Source: Raillietiella orientalis
Lineage: Eukaryota
NCBI GenBank assembly: GCA_036172245.1
Contig: JAYWIR010000009.1
Span: forward strand, 124,001-188,000
Direction of reading: 5' to 3'
Length of the DNA stretch: 64,000 bases
Shown here: positions 35,400-49,000 of the stretch, piece by piece
Layout: each line of letters begins with the position of its first letter
Position numbering within the stretch: position 1 is the stretch's first letter
The notes under the pieces: generated by a model
The model's database searches: none
Told to the model about the DNA's origin: nothing
The model's input: only the letters and a program-made list of their open reading frames with translations
Translations under genes and position numbers: made by a program

Positions 35400-35695
35400 T
35401 TTCAGCAATTGTAAATCATCTTGAAAAGCGGCAGATATTACTAAAATATTATGTAAATGGAATGTAATTAATAATGATTTATGTGAAATAATGTTTTAAT
35501 TAGTAAAATGTTGAGTAAACTTAAGTTGCAAAGTAAGAATATTGTAAGGAACTCGGCAAAAATTTGTTTGAAATGTTTCTTAAAAACATTTTCTTATGAA
35601 TGATATAAGGTAGGATCTGCTCGGTGTATAATAAACAGCTGCGGTATTTTGACTGTGCTAAGGTAGCGTAATAATTAGCTATTTAATTGACTTTT
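35400..35695 (+). pseudogene. NUMT: fragment of mitochondrial large-subunit (16S/rrnL) rRNA
   Basis: Conserved animal mt-16S blocks in order: GTAAGGAACTCGGCAAA (35544-35560), TGTTTCTTAAAAACAT (16Sar primer-site region), CTGCTCGGTG, CAGCTGCGGTATTTTGACTGTGCTAAGGTAGCGTAATAATT. Very AT-rich; 5' boundary approximate. Confidence 0.85.
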
Positions 35696-37098
35696 TGGGA
35701 ATTTTTTTTTTACTCTTGTGTAGATTTGTACATATAGACATCGAGTTTAGATTAGGTGTCCAGTATTTTTAGAGTCGGTGTTTTTTCCTGTTTTTCAGTA
35801 GCATGAATCTTGATAGGGCATTTACTCGATTACCAGTAGTCATCCTCAGTGATGATCGTTGTCATTAATGTACAACACACTGTTTGTTTCCCTTATTCTA
35901 TTTTAACAAATCGTCCTGTGCTGTCAAAGCGCCATTACGACTAAGTTCAGCATCTTTTGGTAGACCGTAAAATTGGATGATGGAAACAGCTCTGCAAAGA
36001 ATTTCTAAATTAGATCTCTAAATTAATTGAAAACAGTTCGATGCGCCACACATCAAAAGTTATAAGCTCTGAGTGTATGACTAGGACTTTATGTAGACAA
36101 AGGTTTCTTGTACAAAAAAAAGAAACAGCCTTCAGCTAGGAATTTGCTAAGAAAGGAAAGAATCATTTGTCGTTGGTTGGATCCACAGCTGTTCTCTCAA
36201 TGAGTACAAAAACGCTGTCTCTTTTAATACTCCGGATTCCGTTGAGGATAATGATAGAACTTTTTTGTCTTTAACATTTTTTATTGTTCGAAACTACTAG
36301 CTTTTGACCCTGACAGAAACGCCGTCATCTTCAGCAAAAATGTGCAGATAGACAGTGCAATGGAAGCTTTGAATTGCTTTGAATGATGCTGCCAGCTTCT
36401 TGTGCGTGCCCGTCATCCGTGTGAGGCATTTTGTGAGGTCGTGGGGGCAGTTGGTGTATGGGTGGTTTCTTGGACCGAAAAGCGTGCACGTGCAATCTGT
36501 GCAGAAAGGTCAGATTTCTGCAGCGAATGGTAATTCTCCGCGTCTGTGCAAAAACCAGTTTGAACGGTAACCAGGTAGAGGAATCTGCCACAGAAGTAAA
36601 CGCAGCCGTATTAGCCCTGCTGATCTAATGTAGCTCCCATTTCCCATACATTCTGCCAGTTCGTAAATTCGGCGTCTCTTCGGGTAAAACATCCGGCAGA
36701 GTTCAAAGTTGCGACGAAATTGTAATTCAATATCTGTCACTGGTGCCGTGTAGGTTATCTCCATTGCTTTCCAGGTAGATGTTTGCCAGACGTATCGCGC
36801 AATTATTTTATGTTGGTTTGCATTGGAAGTGTTTTCTTGACTGGATACGCACAACCATGTAATTTAATACATTTTCAAGGAAGTTCTTAAATTCCTTAAT
36901 CCATCATTCTGTCCAAACTGTGCCTCTTGAATCAAGATTATCAAAAGTGAATGTGTGTAAAGTCAGTTAATTAATAAAAGCAGGTAACTGTAGAATTGTT
37001 TCATGCTTCCATGACTTAAAACAGGTTTGTGAATTCTGAATTTCAAATATGTGAAATTAGACCATTTCAGGGGTTGACTATCTAGCGTTGTCAACTGG

Positions 37099-40000
37099 AT
37101 GCATAATGCTTGTGGACATATGAAAGCTATGGTCAATGATAATAACTATGAAAATCAGAAGATAGAAATTTTATCAAATCTGCTTCGTTGTGTAAAAGAA
37201 TGTCAAAAGACATTTGGAGGGGAAGTGAAAAAATTAGCTACTGAAAGTGATACAACAGTAAAGCATTTATGCTTTTACTGGGAATTAGCCCTGCAGCATG
37301 GTTTGAAGCAACATATCATTTCTAACTTATTGTATGAAAATGCGTTCCAAACTTTTTAATCACGTAATTATGATGTAATTGATATAATCATATCACAACT
37401 GATATAATTACTTGAATTATGATCACTATTTTTCGGTCATAAAATCCAGAATTTCCCTACCTACAGTATTATAATGAAAATTACATTATCTACTTAGATG
37501 TGTTGTATTGGTCTTTTTGTATTCAAAATTTTAAACACTTCAATTAATAACTAGTTGTTACATGTAGCAAGCTACATGAAAGTCTATCATGGTTATGAAG
37601 TTCAAGTAAACATAATATGAATGTATCAATAAATCTTTCCATATCAACACTTCAGAGAACTTCATTTTTATGCCTGTTTTGTTTTTGCGATGTTGTTGCT
37701 GAGTTGTTGTTCAGTAATAATTCTGGAAAAATCCATTTTAAATGTTAATACTTGTCCTGTGGGAGGTTCATAAAACTTTTGCTTTTAGAAAAACTGATAG
37801 CTTCGCTATTGCTTCTCTTTTAAGGAAGGGATTTGAAGAAAAGATTAATTCCCTCAATCCTGGTAAGACAGATTTCCAATGTCATGAATCCAATGTGGGT
37901 TATGAAATCAAGATTTGTAATGTAGACATGTTTTTGTATCAGAATGTGCATTGTGTTATAACAGTATGTCATTTATATCAAAAGAACTTGAGTACTCACG
38001 GACTACCTGGGTCGTAAATTCATGAGAAAATTCTAAATCAAATTTTTTGCATCATGGTATGCCAATGGCACCTGTAAAGGGACTTGTTAAGTGATTTGTT
38101 AAGCTAAAGAGAATGTAATTAAAAAAACGAGGATGAATAGAAGGACTTCTGCACCTGGGAAAATTAAGTGGATAAAATAACTTGGGATTGCTTCTATGTT
38201 TTGTTTTCTCAATCCATGACCTTTATAAAAATCTTATCTCAGAGTTTGGTTGGAGAACAATGGTTACCCCAGAGTGTTTTTAGGGTCAGTAGAGTTGACA
38301 CTATGGGAACTCTTAGTATTTCAGGAATACTTCCCAAGTTTTGTATTTTGTACAGGAGATTAAAAAGGAGGCTGGTATGGTTTTTAAAGTCCTATATCAA
38401 TAAGATATATGATTTGTGTATAGTTCTTTTCAAGGTGTTTTCAAAAAGTTGTAGTATGCATTGTACTTGTTGTAAAGACATGCTGTGATGCAAATAGTTT
38501 TTTTGTTGCTCGTTCTATTATAATGAATAATAGTGTAGAAGGTACTTGGCTGTCACTTATCTTCCGTTTTTGCAGTACGTCATCAGTTATTTTTCGTGTG
38601 ATCAATGCTTTTTGATTTTTTTTTTCTTTGGAAACAATACTATTGGGTATTGTCTGTGTAACATATGATTTTGTTTTTCTCACTGAGATCAGTATATGCA
38701 CATTTCTCATCAGATGTTTTGTATGTATTTTTCAGCATTTTGGAATACCGTTCAGAAGTTTCTTACTCCACATGAAAGGGAGCGCTATTATATGCTCCCA
38801 AATATAACAACTCCAATTGGAAGAGGAAGAGCATGGCTTAGGTCTTCCATGAATGAGCATTCTCTTGAAAAGTACTTTCTCTTGATGTTATCGGAAAGTC
38901 AAACTTTGAAGAGTGATTATGAAGAATGGGCCTTTATTAATGATGTAGAAAAGAGTACCTTGCTGCCATCAATGGCTGCAGGTCAGCTGTTTTTATTTTA
39001 GTGCTACTTTGATAATTTCGATCATAAAGGGCTAATTTTGTTTATTTGATGTCAGGTTTGGGAAGCATTTTGTTTGCACTACCTGTAAATTCCGAGTGGT
39101 TAAATGTTCCTATTTTGTCATATGATTTGGTACTTGAAGCATCATTATGTTCAATGGATCCTCCTCCAGGTATCTCTTGTATGCTAAGGAACAGTATTGC
39201 AATCGTAATTAATAAATTATGGTCCTTTAATTGCTTGCATAGTATGTTTCTTTTGTGAATTGACGAATTCAATTGAATGAGTTTCGATAAATTGGAATTC
39301 AATTGAATGAGGTATATTTATTGTGATATATATGTCTAGTGCAAATTTGTGAGTTGTAAGGTGCCTAACACTTCCATTGTCACTAGAAATCGAAGAAAAT
39401 AGAAATTTTGCTTAAAAGTTATGCGATATACTTAATATGCCCAGCAATATTCCATTTGTTTGTGTTATTTGCTAGCATGAAAAGGAAAAGAGAATGAAGA
39501 AATTTGTATAAGAATATTTCGAAAGGGTGAAACTTTTCATTTATTTATGTTGTCTGCATTTTGAGACTTCCTCATCCCTGTTTAAATTTCAAGTATTTGT
39601 TATCTTGTGATTTTTTGTAAGGGTTGAGCCCTCCTTTAATTGGGTTTATATAATGTTTCTTTGCTTAAGTTCTATTGAGCGGAGCAAAAGGAAACAATTT
39701 TTTTTTGTCTGTTTTTTTTTACAGAGTTGCATGTCTCACATTCATTGTATCTTTTGGTTTATTTTTTTCTTAAGCGAGGCCAATCCGAGAAAAAAGTGTT
39801 AAAGGAATACCTTATAGAAAATTTGTAAAATGGCGTTTTTCAATAAGAAAAGGCATGATCTATCCCAGAAAATGCTTTCTCATACATGATTTACGGGGTA
39901 CTTGCTTTAAATATGCCATAAGGAAAGGGTTCAGGGATATTTCATTCAAAGGAAGAAATGTACAGGATGTTACTTCCAATCTTATTTCATGATTATTTCA

Positions 40001-43000
40001 TGATTCATTGATTCATCCTAATTCCCCTTTTGTATTAGAAAATTCGATTCGTTTATTGATACATCAAAAAAAAAAAAAAAAAATGAGAAATTACAACTCT
40101 GTGAAAATATCTTACATGAGATATCGTTCTTGCCCAGCTTAATGAAGGCATTCCCGTTGAATGTGAGCGCGCCAAGACTGTGGACAAATTTACTTATTGG
40201 AACGAATTTCTCCACTTCGTTAAGATTGCAATTAAATGAATTCCGGTTTAAAAAGCTACTCGTATAAATCATATATACGTATGAGGTGATGCATTTTCAA
40301 ATGTGACGTTGTTAATCATGATCGTGAAAGAACATGGAGTTTTGATGGAGGAAAAAGATACCCGTTTCCTTTGACCAGATTCATTGATATTTATCATTGC
40401 ACCACGTCTCGTAGGTTTGCAACATTCTCCCCATCGGCAAAGTGACCGGTTGGGAGTGGTGTTGAATTGTAAGTGTTGAATTGGTAGTTGGACGTGCATA
40501 GCCAAAGAAAACCCCTTCTTGTTCACGCCATTTGCCATTTTATGTTCGTTTGTTTATAGTGTTGTGTAGGTAAAGTTTTTCCCGGTGGCACAATTCTGCT
40601 CTGATTTCATGCAGTAAGCTGAGTGTTGTTAATCCTCAGACTGCACGGATTCGGTTTCCGTGGTGGAGGCCACCACAGGGTCAGCTGCGCACTTCTGTCA
40701 CCGGTGTGTGGGAGATTCCCTGCTTGATGATTTTATCGTCTTGCAAAAGAACAGTCTCATTGAAATTTTCGATGGCATTGGAGTTCTCCCACGTTCAACC
40801 TCGTTAAGCGGCATCGCAATCTTGTTTAAAATTCCGTTCCGTGGTGTGTTGTTCCGCAGGCGGTACGAGCAACTGGTGCGGGGGTGTCCATCTGTCCACT
40901 CTGGCGCTTTAGCTCCCTTTCAGAATCTCAAGAGGTTGTCAACCGTTTTCACACTTGTTTGGCCTGTATTACTTTAGGATATTTAACCATCTCGAACTGT
41001 ATCCGGGTATCTCCGAATCATCGATGTTTTCCATAGTGAGTTGTCTCTCTGTTGTCTCTTGTTTTATTATCTGCTTATTTTTCGTTTTTCCTTTTTCCTT
41101 TTTCCTTTTTTTTTATCCAGTTCTTTCACGGACTTGTAAGCAGTGTGCTGCCTGCCAATTTTCTTACTTTAAATCGTGTTCAAACCGGGATGTAATGGTA
41201 GGGGGGCACGTGTGGTGGTAAGATTCCTCCCCGATTCTCCTGTTTCTTCTCAGTGCACAGTGAGACACTGTCCGTGTTGTAATGAAAATCTTGACTTGTG
41301 AACTCTATTGTGACCCATTTTTTTGCAGTCGGGTTTAAGTTTCCTGCTGTTCATTGCGTAAATCACCCACCCACTTAATCCCTTTAAATCACATACTGTA
41401 CTTTAAAAAGAATTCAGTTGGAAGCTTCGGTTTGCCTTTCGAACTCTGAAAGGAAGACTGCAGTCGTATCTGAGTGCCCGATAACACACTTTCATGAAAT
41501 TAAGCACTCTGGTAGGTGTGATATATCGAGTCTCCCGTTTAATTACTTGGGTCCCCATGAATTGTTACCTGAGCCTGTTCTTGTTTCCTGTTATATTCAG
41601 ACTTTGGTTAATCCAGGAATTTTGTCATTTTAATCCATTCCTGCATGCTAATCCAGGGAGTTTTTCCGAGTGCTGGTTCTCTGTGCTTCTGTGGGCTTGC
41701 CAAAACGACTGTCACGTGCCGTTTGTGGTCAGGCGCCATGCGTTTGACTCCTCCTTGGTGCCATCAAGTCGTCTTCCCAGTAAACTTCGCAATTGTAAAG
41801 TCGCTTCTTGCCTTCGTAGAAGATCGAATGGTTTTCCTGACAACCTTCCCGTCTTCGCCTCGAATACTTCAGTTCCAAGATCGGTTTCGAGGCTTTTTGC
41901 ATGTTTTTTCCATTTGAAGTGTGGAGGAGCAATGACGTTTTTTTCTAGTTCTCCGCGTACACTTCGTTCCCGGATATAAGGTGTAAAGAATCTTGACGAA
42001 AAGTGTAGGTTGCCCCTTTCTGATTTTCACTAATGCAAGAGTTTTCTCTGCGCGGTCATGACATACGGTCGCTCAATTATGAGCCACGTGGACATCATGG
42101 TTTTGTTAGCGAATTGAGTGGTTTTCAAGCAGGTGAGTACATTTCTCTGCGCATTTCATCGTTATAGAAATTTCTGCAGAAAATTGGACCAGGTGAAGTT
42201 TTTGGTTCTTTGCAGGTTCGAGTTCCATCGATATTCGTTTGTATTCGTTTAAAATTTATGTGTAGGTTTCCATTTTCATGGATACATAATAGTGATGCAT
42301 AGTAGCATCTCAAAGCAAGGATGCTGTGTGATGTCAATCTGTGAAGAGAGTCTGATGTCTGAGAAACTCAGTTCTTATAAAGTGCGTCCAAGTTTATTAG
42401 GGACTCTTTGCGATGATGAGTTCGCCCATCCAGGTTTCATCGTGGTATTTTCCTTTAGCTCAGAGCTTAATTTGTTTCTTCAAAAGTCCGTTTTTCATAA
42501 ATTTTACATCATTTTGCCTCATTCATGCGGCGAACTGTTTTCGTTAACCGAAAATAAATGTTCAAATTCTTTACTAGCAGCTGACAGGTAACGAATTGTA
42601 TTCATTAGAAGAATGTGATGTAAAATTTTCCAAATAGGGTGGTATTCTCATCATTTTAAACTAAATTTGTTGGTGTCGATTTTTTATTTGTTTTTCGTTC
42701 AAAATGCTGCATGATCAAATTTAGGTTTTTTAATGCTTTCACAGCACATTTTATAGTGCGTTGCATCTGCGTTTAGGAAACAAAGGAAGAGGTTTGCATT
42801 TCAATAAAAGCTCAAAAAAAATAATAAAATAAAAAAAAGTCTTTAGTATTTAAAAAAAAAAAAATGCCTCTGATCGTTATCAACCCTTTGCTTTGCGCCT
42901 TGACTCAGATTTGGCTGGCTTCTATGTAAAGAGTCATTGACCAATCAGACGAGTCAGTATCTGGAGAGTTCTGTCGTTAGGTCCAAAGATTATACTAAGG

Positions 43001-46000
43001 ATTTGTTTCTCCTTTGGATGTTCGTTTTCTCTTAGATGTTTTTTCACTGTCTTTACTGCTACTGTAGCTTTAGTTCCAGGTGTTGCCCCAATGTCGTTCC
43101 AGTTCAACCTCAGTCCAACGCACAATCAAAGTGGTGTACTCCCTTCTTGAAATCAAGCTCTTAGGAAGGTACTCAGGCTCAAGTGTTGCCTTAATTAATT
43201 TGGGGCTGACATCCTCATCATGAAGGACATAGGGCTCCACACGCTATGCATACAAAAACGCGGATATGTTCGTTCGAGCCCCGGTCTGAAGATCTTTCGT
43301 ATTCTTCGTTTTCGATAGTGTCCACTCAGCTTTCGTCCATTTTGTCGTCTACCCTCGCTATTTACTGCCAGCCATTTCTGTCCACCTCGAGTACTCTTTT
43401 CAGGACACGAGGAAGTCTCCATCACGTTCGCACCTTTCGTCGCTTTTTCGTCCAAGTTCTCGATAGAGTTTTTATGTAGAACATGTGTGATTTGATTTTA
43501 TCGTCAACCAACATTTGATGGAACTTGGGTTGATGGAATGTTTGATGATTTTTTTTTTGCTTCGAAGCGTTGTTGATGACGTGCATTTCTTGTTTTTTAT
43601 CTTCTTCCTTCTCTCCCTCCCCCCCAGAAAATCACAGCATTGTGAAAAAAATAAACCGCAAAGCAGTTGAGAATGTCATTTTGTTCGATGATGCGAGTGC
43701 ATCCAAAATTCCCGAAGAAACGAACCAGTTCGTCGACAAGGAAACCGCCGAAAACATACCTTCCTGTGATGATGATGTGCCGTTTTTCTCCTTTTTCTCC
43801 CATAAGCAGCTGGAGGATTTACAAGCGTCACTGAACTCTTCACAGATCTCTTCTGGAAACCCTAACGAGGACCGGTAAGTACTTGTTCCATGACCATGAT
43901 TGTATGCAGCCAATATAATTCCAGCTTTTCTGAAAGTACAGACAAGATCCTTCATCCAGTAGTTGGCAGTTTTTCAGATGGACTTACTCCCGTGACAGAA
44001 GAAGCTGTGGTTTCTTGCTCAGAAGACGATGATGCCACAAGCCTGGTAAGATGCCTTGATGTTTGATTCCAGTAAGGATGAGGATTGCCGCGTGGCGATT
44101 CAAATTCTTTATCCGACTCTTTGCGATACCCAAAGAATTTGCAAATGTTTCCATTCTTCGGTGAATGTGGCTGTGTGAGAGAACTGGTGAAAAAAAAAAA
44201 AAAATGGTTTTTTACTTGTTCGGCTGTACTGGAGTTTTGTTTCCATCCGCTCGCCTGCATCCTCGTTGATTTGTTAATTTTGCATGTTTCGATTCTGTTT
44301 GTACCAGCACCGATGTGTTGGTCGCGCCTAGAAGTAATTGGTGACATCATCAGCCCGTAAAAAACGCAGAACGATGGGGGAAGGCTGTTCCAGACCTGAG
44401 TAAGGGCAGCATTCATCGTCAAGGGTCAAACTCTTGTTCATGAAAGATGGTTTCCGTAGTTTCCGGATGGGGGAAGCCGGTCGATTAAGGTGTGACCGGT
44501 CTTTCGGTTGGATGCACAAGAGTGTCATTCTCCGCTCGTCAGCTTCCCTCAAACCGAAGGCCGGTCAGCATTCCTTGTAGGTCTTCCCCGGGCGCGGGAG
44601 CTCAGCGATCGCTTAAGTAGTCGCTCGAGAGATTGGTTGACACCGACGTACCCTTCTTCGGTGCAGGACTTTCGACAGAGATCGCAGATCGGCGCGGATC
44701 TTGGTTCACGTTGCTGTTGATGAGACGAGGCCCATCGGAGCGCATGTACGGCCACGAAAAAAGGGTTTCGACCACAGCGAGGGGGAGACTTTCCTCTTTA
44801 TTTTCCGATCAGGGAGGAGACAGCTTCCGGGACCAGGATTCGTCTCCTGGGGGATGCTTTCCCCCGAGAGACCGTGGTTTCCGGATGGGGAAAGTCGTAA
44901 TTCGAGGGTGCGGTGGCAGTGGCCGAGTTTTGGGATGCAGCAGCCAATCGAGCAGCCGAAGAGTCCGACTTCCGGACTTCTGCTGTCGCCGCCGCAACTA
45001 GTGCTCGGGCAGAAGAGATCCGGGGTGTACCACGTACCGGCGGGCTGTGCTTCTTCCCAGTGTGCTCGAGGTAGGAAAACTGCGCATCTGTCTCTCGCGG
45101 ACGACCCGTGGTACTGCCGAGTCGCGTTCGCAGTCTCCCGCACTCGGCAGACCAACCCGGCGATGCTGCTACGGGAGCGCCAGCGGAGAGAAGGGATTCC
45201 TGCCGGGTTCGTGGAAGGGATTGCCATTGCATGTCGGGGCACGGGCCGCGCCGCATTCGTGGATCCCAGTTGCTTCGAACAGTCACGGGAATCCTCCATG
45301 GGGTTGGACGGGAGGAGAAGGGTACGTGACCGGACGAGGGGCTGGCCGGGATGCGCGGTGCGTGGAGGAGTTTGGTCCGTGCCAGATGGTGTCCCATAGG
45401 CGACCCGCCCCTCGGCCTTTTGGCTAAGATCAAAGTGTAAGGCGACCCGCTCCTGGTTCTGTCTGGAACGGTGGGACGGAGGAGTCCAGGCGCGCGGCTG
45501 CACGGCCTGCAGCAAACCGTGCGAGCCCTACGAGTGTGAGTCCTGCCTGCGCAAGAGTCTGCTCAGCGGTGGAACAAAGATGTGGGATGCGAGAAGTGGA
45601 TCGCCAGGATAGTGAGGTGGATCTCTTGCTAAACTTGAATATTCCTTGAGCGCGTGCTTAGCGTGCAGAATGCGGGTGCTCAGATTATCTTCTCTTGGAG
45701 CTGTTGAACATTATCGTACTTGGCTCATGGGAACCAACCATTCAGTGTTCTCTTCTAGGTGACCTTTTGGGATTGTACGTAATCGCGGAGCTGGAGAAAG
45801 TTGTGTGCACGTGACAAAACGCAGGGGGCGGTCGTTTTCTAAAGGGATAACAGCCTTTTCCATAGTCATTGCGTCTCCATGATTACGTTGGTACCTGCAT
45901 GTTGACTCATGAGTCATCCAGGCATCTTATTGAAAGGGGAAGTGTCGAGAGTGCTTTTTTTGTTGGAGCGGCTTTGTGACTTCTTATCGCAAAACTGTGC

Positions 46001-49000
46001 CGTGGGTTGTGCCAGTGGTCTTCCATGTGAACTGTGTGCGAAATTAAAGACGGGGAGTATTTGCAAAGGTGCTTTCTTTTCCCGAGGATGTTTCTGCAGC
46101 AGACCCAGTGCGTACTTTCATGGGTGCTTATGATTCCCTTAGGGGGAGTACACCAAGATGTAGACGAGTACACAATAATGTACACCAAGATGAGTCGCTC
46201 AAGCAGCCCGCAGCGAGAAGGGTCTTGGCAGGTTTCCGAATGCAGAAGATGGCTCTTGTCCACATTTTGAGGTCGACTGCACTCAGCGCTTCCCGAGGCG
46301 AGCATTCGCGATTAGAGAAGCCTCGCTTTCGGCTGGTGAGCGAATTGTTTTTTTCTGTGGCATCGTTCCATATTGTCCGGAAACGTTCCTTTCTTACGGT
46401 GGTCACCTCTTTGGGGAATGGATTCGAAAAAAGACGGGAAAGCACACATCTTTTGCCCCTTTTGATCCTTCTTCTTCCCTCGGGCTGTTCTTGGACGACG
46501 CGACCGTCTGACCGTGGGTTGTCCAAGTGCAGTCCGAAGGAAGAAGAGGCATGCATATCGCTACGTGGATGGTGCATCCGTGTGGCGATGGATGATCATG
46601 ACCTCTGTCTGAGGGGCTACTTTACGAAAATATCCACGCAACAGTGCGTTCAAGTGTTTGCCAGGAAGTTCTCAAATAGAAGTTCTTATCTCAAATTCGT
46701 CGCTTGTTCGCTGACTTGTCTTACGAGAGGAGATGCACTGCACTTTGCAGGATGTTCTGGTCGGTGGGCACTCCAGGGAAACAGTTCCGGAAGTTCCTTT
46801 GTATTCATCGTGGTGAACGGTTTCAGAATTTCTTGCTTTCTCGAGTTCGTTTTGCCACTTTTTGCACGCCGTGGACTTCTGATGGTGTTGTTTGTGATGC
46901 GCGTGAGGTGACATCGATCATCAGGGGTCGGCCTCTTGTTTGTGAAAGAGTTATCAAAGCCGCAAGATGGTTTGCATCGGGACATACAGTCTTTCGTGTA
47001 TCCGAATGAAGCCAGACGGATGAAAAAGTACTTCGAAGCAAGCGCGCGGGGGAATTCACTTCTATCTATTGCAATTCATAACTATTTATGTTGGAATCGC
47101 TACCACCCAGAATTTCGAGGCACTCATCGTCAACGACATCTTTACCATCCTGATTGTGGTTCCATGTCTTCTTTACGGTTTAGAATCAGAAATATTTTTG
47201 CTTGTTTTCTTTATTTCTGGAGGTGCATTCCTCTGTAATGGACGGGCAATGCATGAGTTGGCTCAAAAAAAATAAAATCGGAACCTACTGAAAGCACTCC
47301 AGTCTTTTTTCGTTTTCACTGGATAAGTCTGTAGAGCAGTAAAAATTCTTGTCATCAGCGAGGGTCTGTTTCAAATTCGTGTTCTTTGGGAGCCAAAAGA
47401 CTGAACTCTTCTGTAGTTGCATGCCTCACGCCGAACCAGTGATTCTGTTTGCCACGATGCTGTTTGATTTTCCAAGTTTTCTTGGAGTCCTATTGGTGTG
47501 GATGGTTCTGCCTGATCCCATGTTCGGTGACTTGGGCGATAACTTACGAATTTAAGGGACAGACAATTTGAATTCGGGCTCTATAGAAACTTCTGACAGC
47601 GAATCGCTCACCTCCTCTGCGTGCAGTCAGGGTGCTACTGTAAAACGTGGGGTCTGTTCCTATACTTTCACTTCAACGTGTTGCGCATGTATGCTGTCTT
47701 CTGCTTTGTTCTCAGCCTTTGGCCGCTAAGGTAGAGATGCTTTACTGAGGCTGCAACAACAAAAGCACTTGTGGCGCTCCCGTTTTGCTCGCTCTTGCAT
47801 TGCGATTTCATCGTTTGGTAGCTCCTGCAAGAGTGTGTGGTCCTCTGGTCGCGCTATGCATTCACAGCGTGGACTTTGGTGTACCCAGCTCATGCACCAC
47901 ACATGGCTGTTTGTTTTCCGAACGGTGCTGTCAGAGGAGCTTCATGCCATTTGTTTATTTACCCCTTGCCAGCAAGTTCACTGCTCCCGATCTGCTCATT
48001 TATTTTTCATAGTAGAAAGTTTTTTTTTGTATGTGTTTGGATGGATGCAAAACATTGGTTATGTGACACGAAAGCGTCCAAAATCGTTTTCTTTTAGCAT
48101 AAAAATATCGAAGTGTATTTGTGATCGAATTCGCATCGAGGTGTGCGTGAACTTTTTACCGGTCTGTGTTCGAGATACACTGTGCATTGATTTTTGCTAA
48201 TTTCATTATGAACTATGGAAGCATCGTTAATTTGGAGGTGTAATATTGGTAGGATTTCCTGTCAGAAGACGAACGTGTAGTGTCGTCGTCTCCCCAAGAA
48301 GTTGGTCGCTCTGCAGAAGATGGTAAGCCAGTATTAATGAAGACACGATGTCACGGAGTGGATTGATGGGCTGAAATTGGGATTTTTATATATGCATGTA
48401 TGTACGCAACATTTACATATAAGGACGCACTCTTTCTGATGTATTAACAGGAAACTGACAGATGTCTTATGTGTCTGTTTATAGGAACGTTCTCTCTGAC
48501 AAAGTACTTTTTTGTTGCTTGAAAGAAAAAAAGAAAAAGAATTTCGGGTTGGTTTTGTTCGTTTAAAAAGTCGACGGTTGTATCCGGCTCCCCTCTCGTC
48601 ATTCATGTGATTCTAAGATTGACATCCAGAGACTTTGGTCGCATGGAAGGCACCTTGCCTCGGTCGATGTCTTCAGTTTTCTACCTGTTGCGTGTCACGT
48701 GTTTGCTTCATGCAGATGAACGTGATGCTGTTCCTCCCTAAGATCGGCATCAGACTGATCTTTGGCAAAGATCAGCATATCAGCATATGATGAACGCGTT
48801 GGAACTCGTGATCTTTAGTGGGGGCTGATGCGTGCAGTTCTATAAAGATGTCCACGAAGGTAGCTAAGGTGAGCACACCGGTTCGTATCCGAGGGAGGCT
48901 GTTGAACGAACAGCAGAAGACCAGAACCAGAACTCGAGTTGAGCGAGCCGTTTAGTCTGTTCCCATTTGGGGAAAACTCAGCAACCGCTTGCGGATATGA

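Noticed and set aside
35400..35695. Functional rRNA gene
   Set aside because: Only a short mitochondrial-type fragment inside nuclear sequence.
40300..43500. Possible further retroelement remnants (also 17.7-18.2 kb, 45.7-47.2 kb, 52.2-53.8 kb)
   Set aside because: They look like decayed coding DNA, but motifs were too weak to assign without a search.
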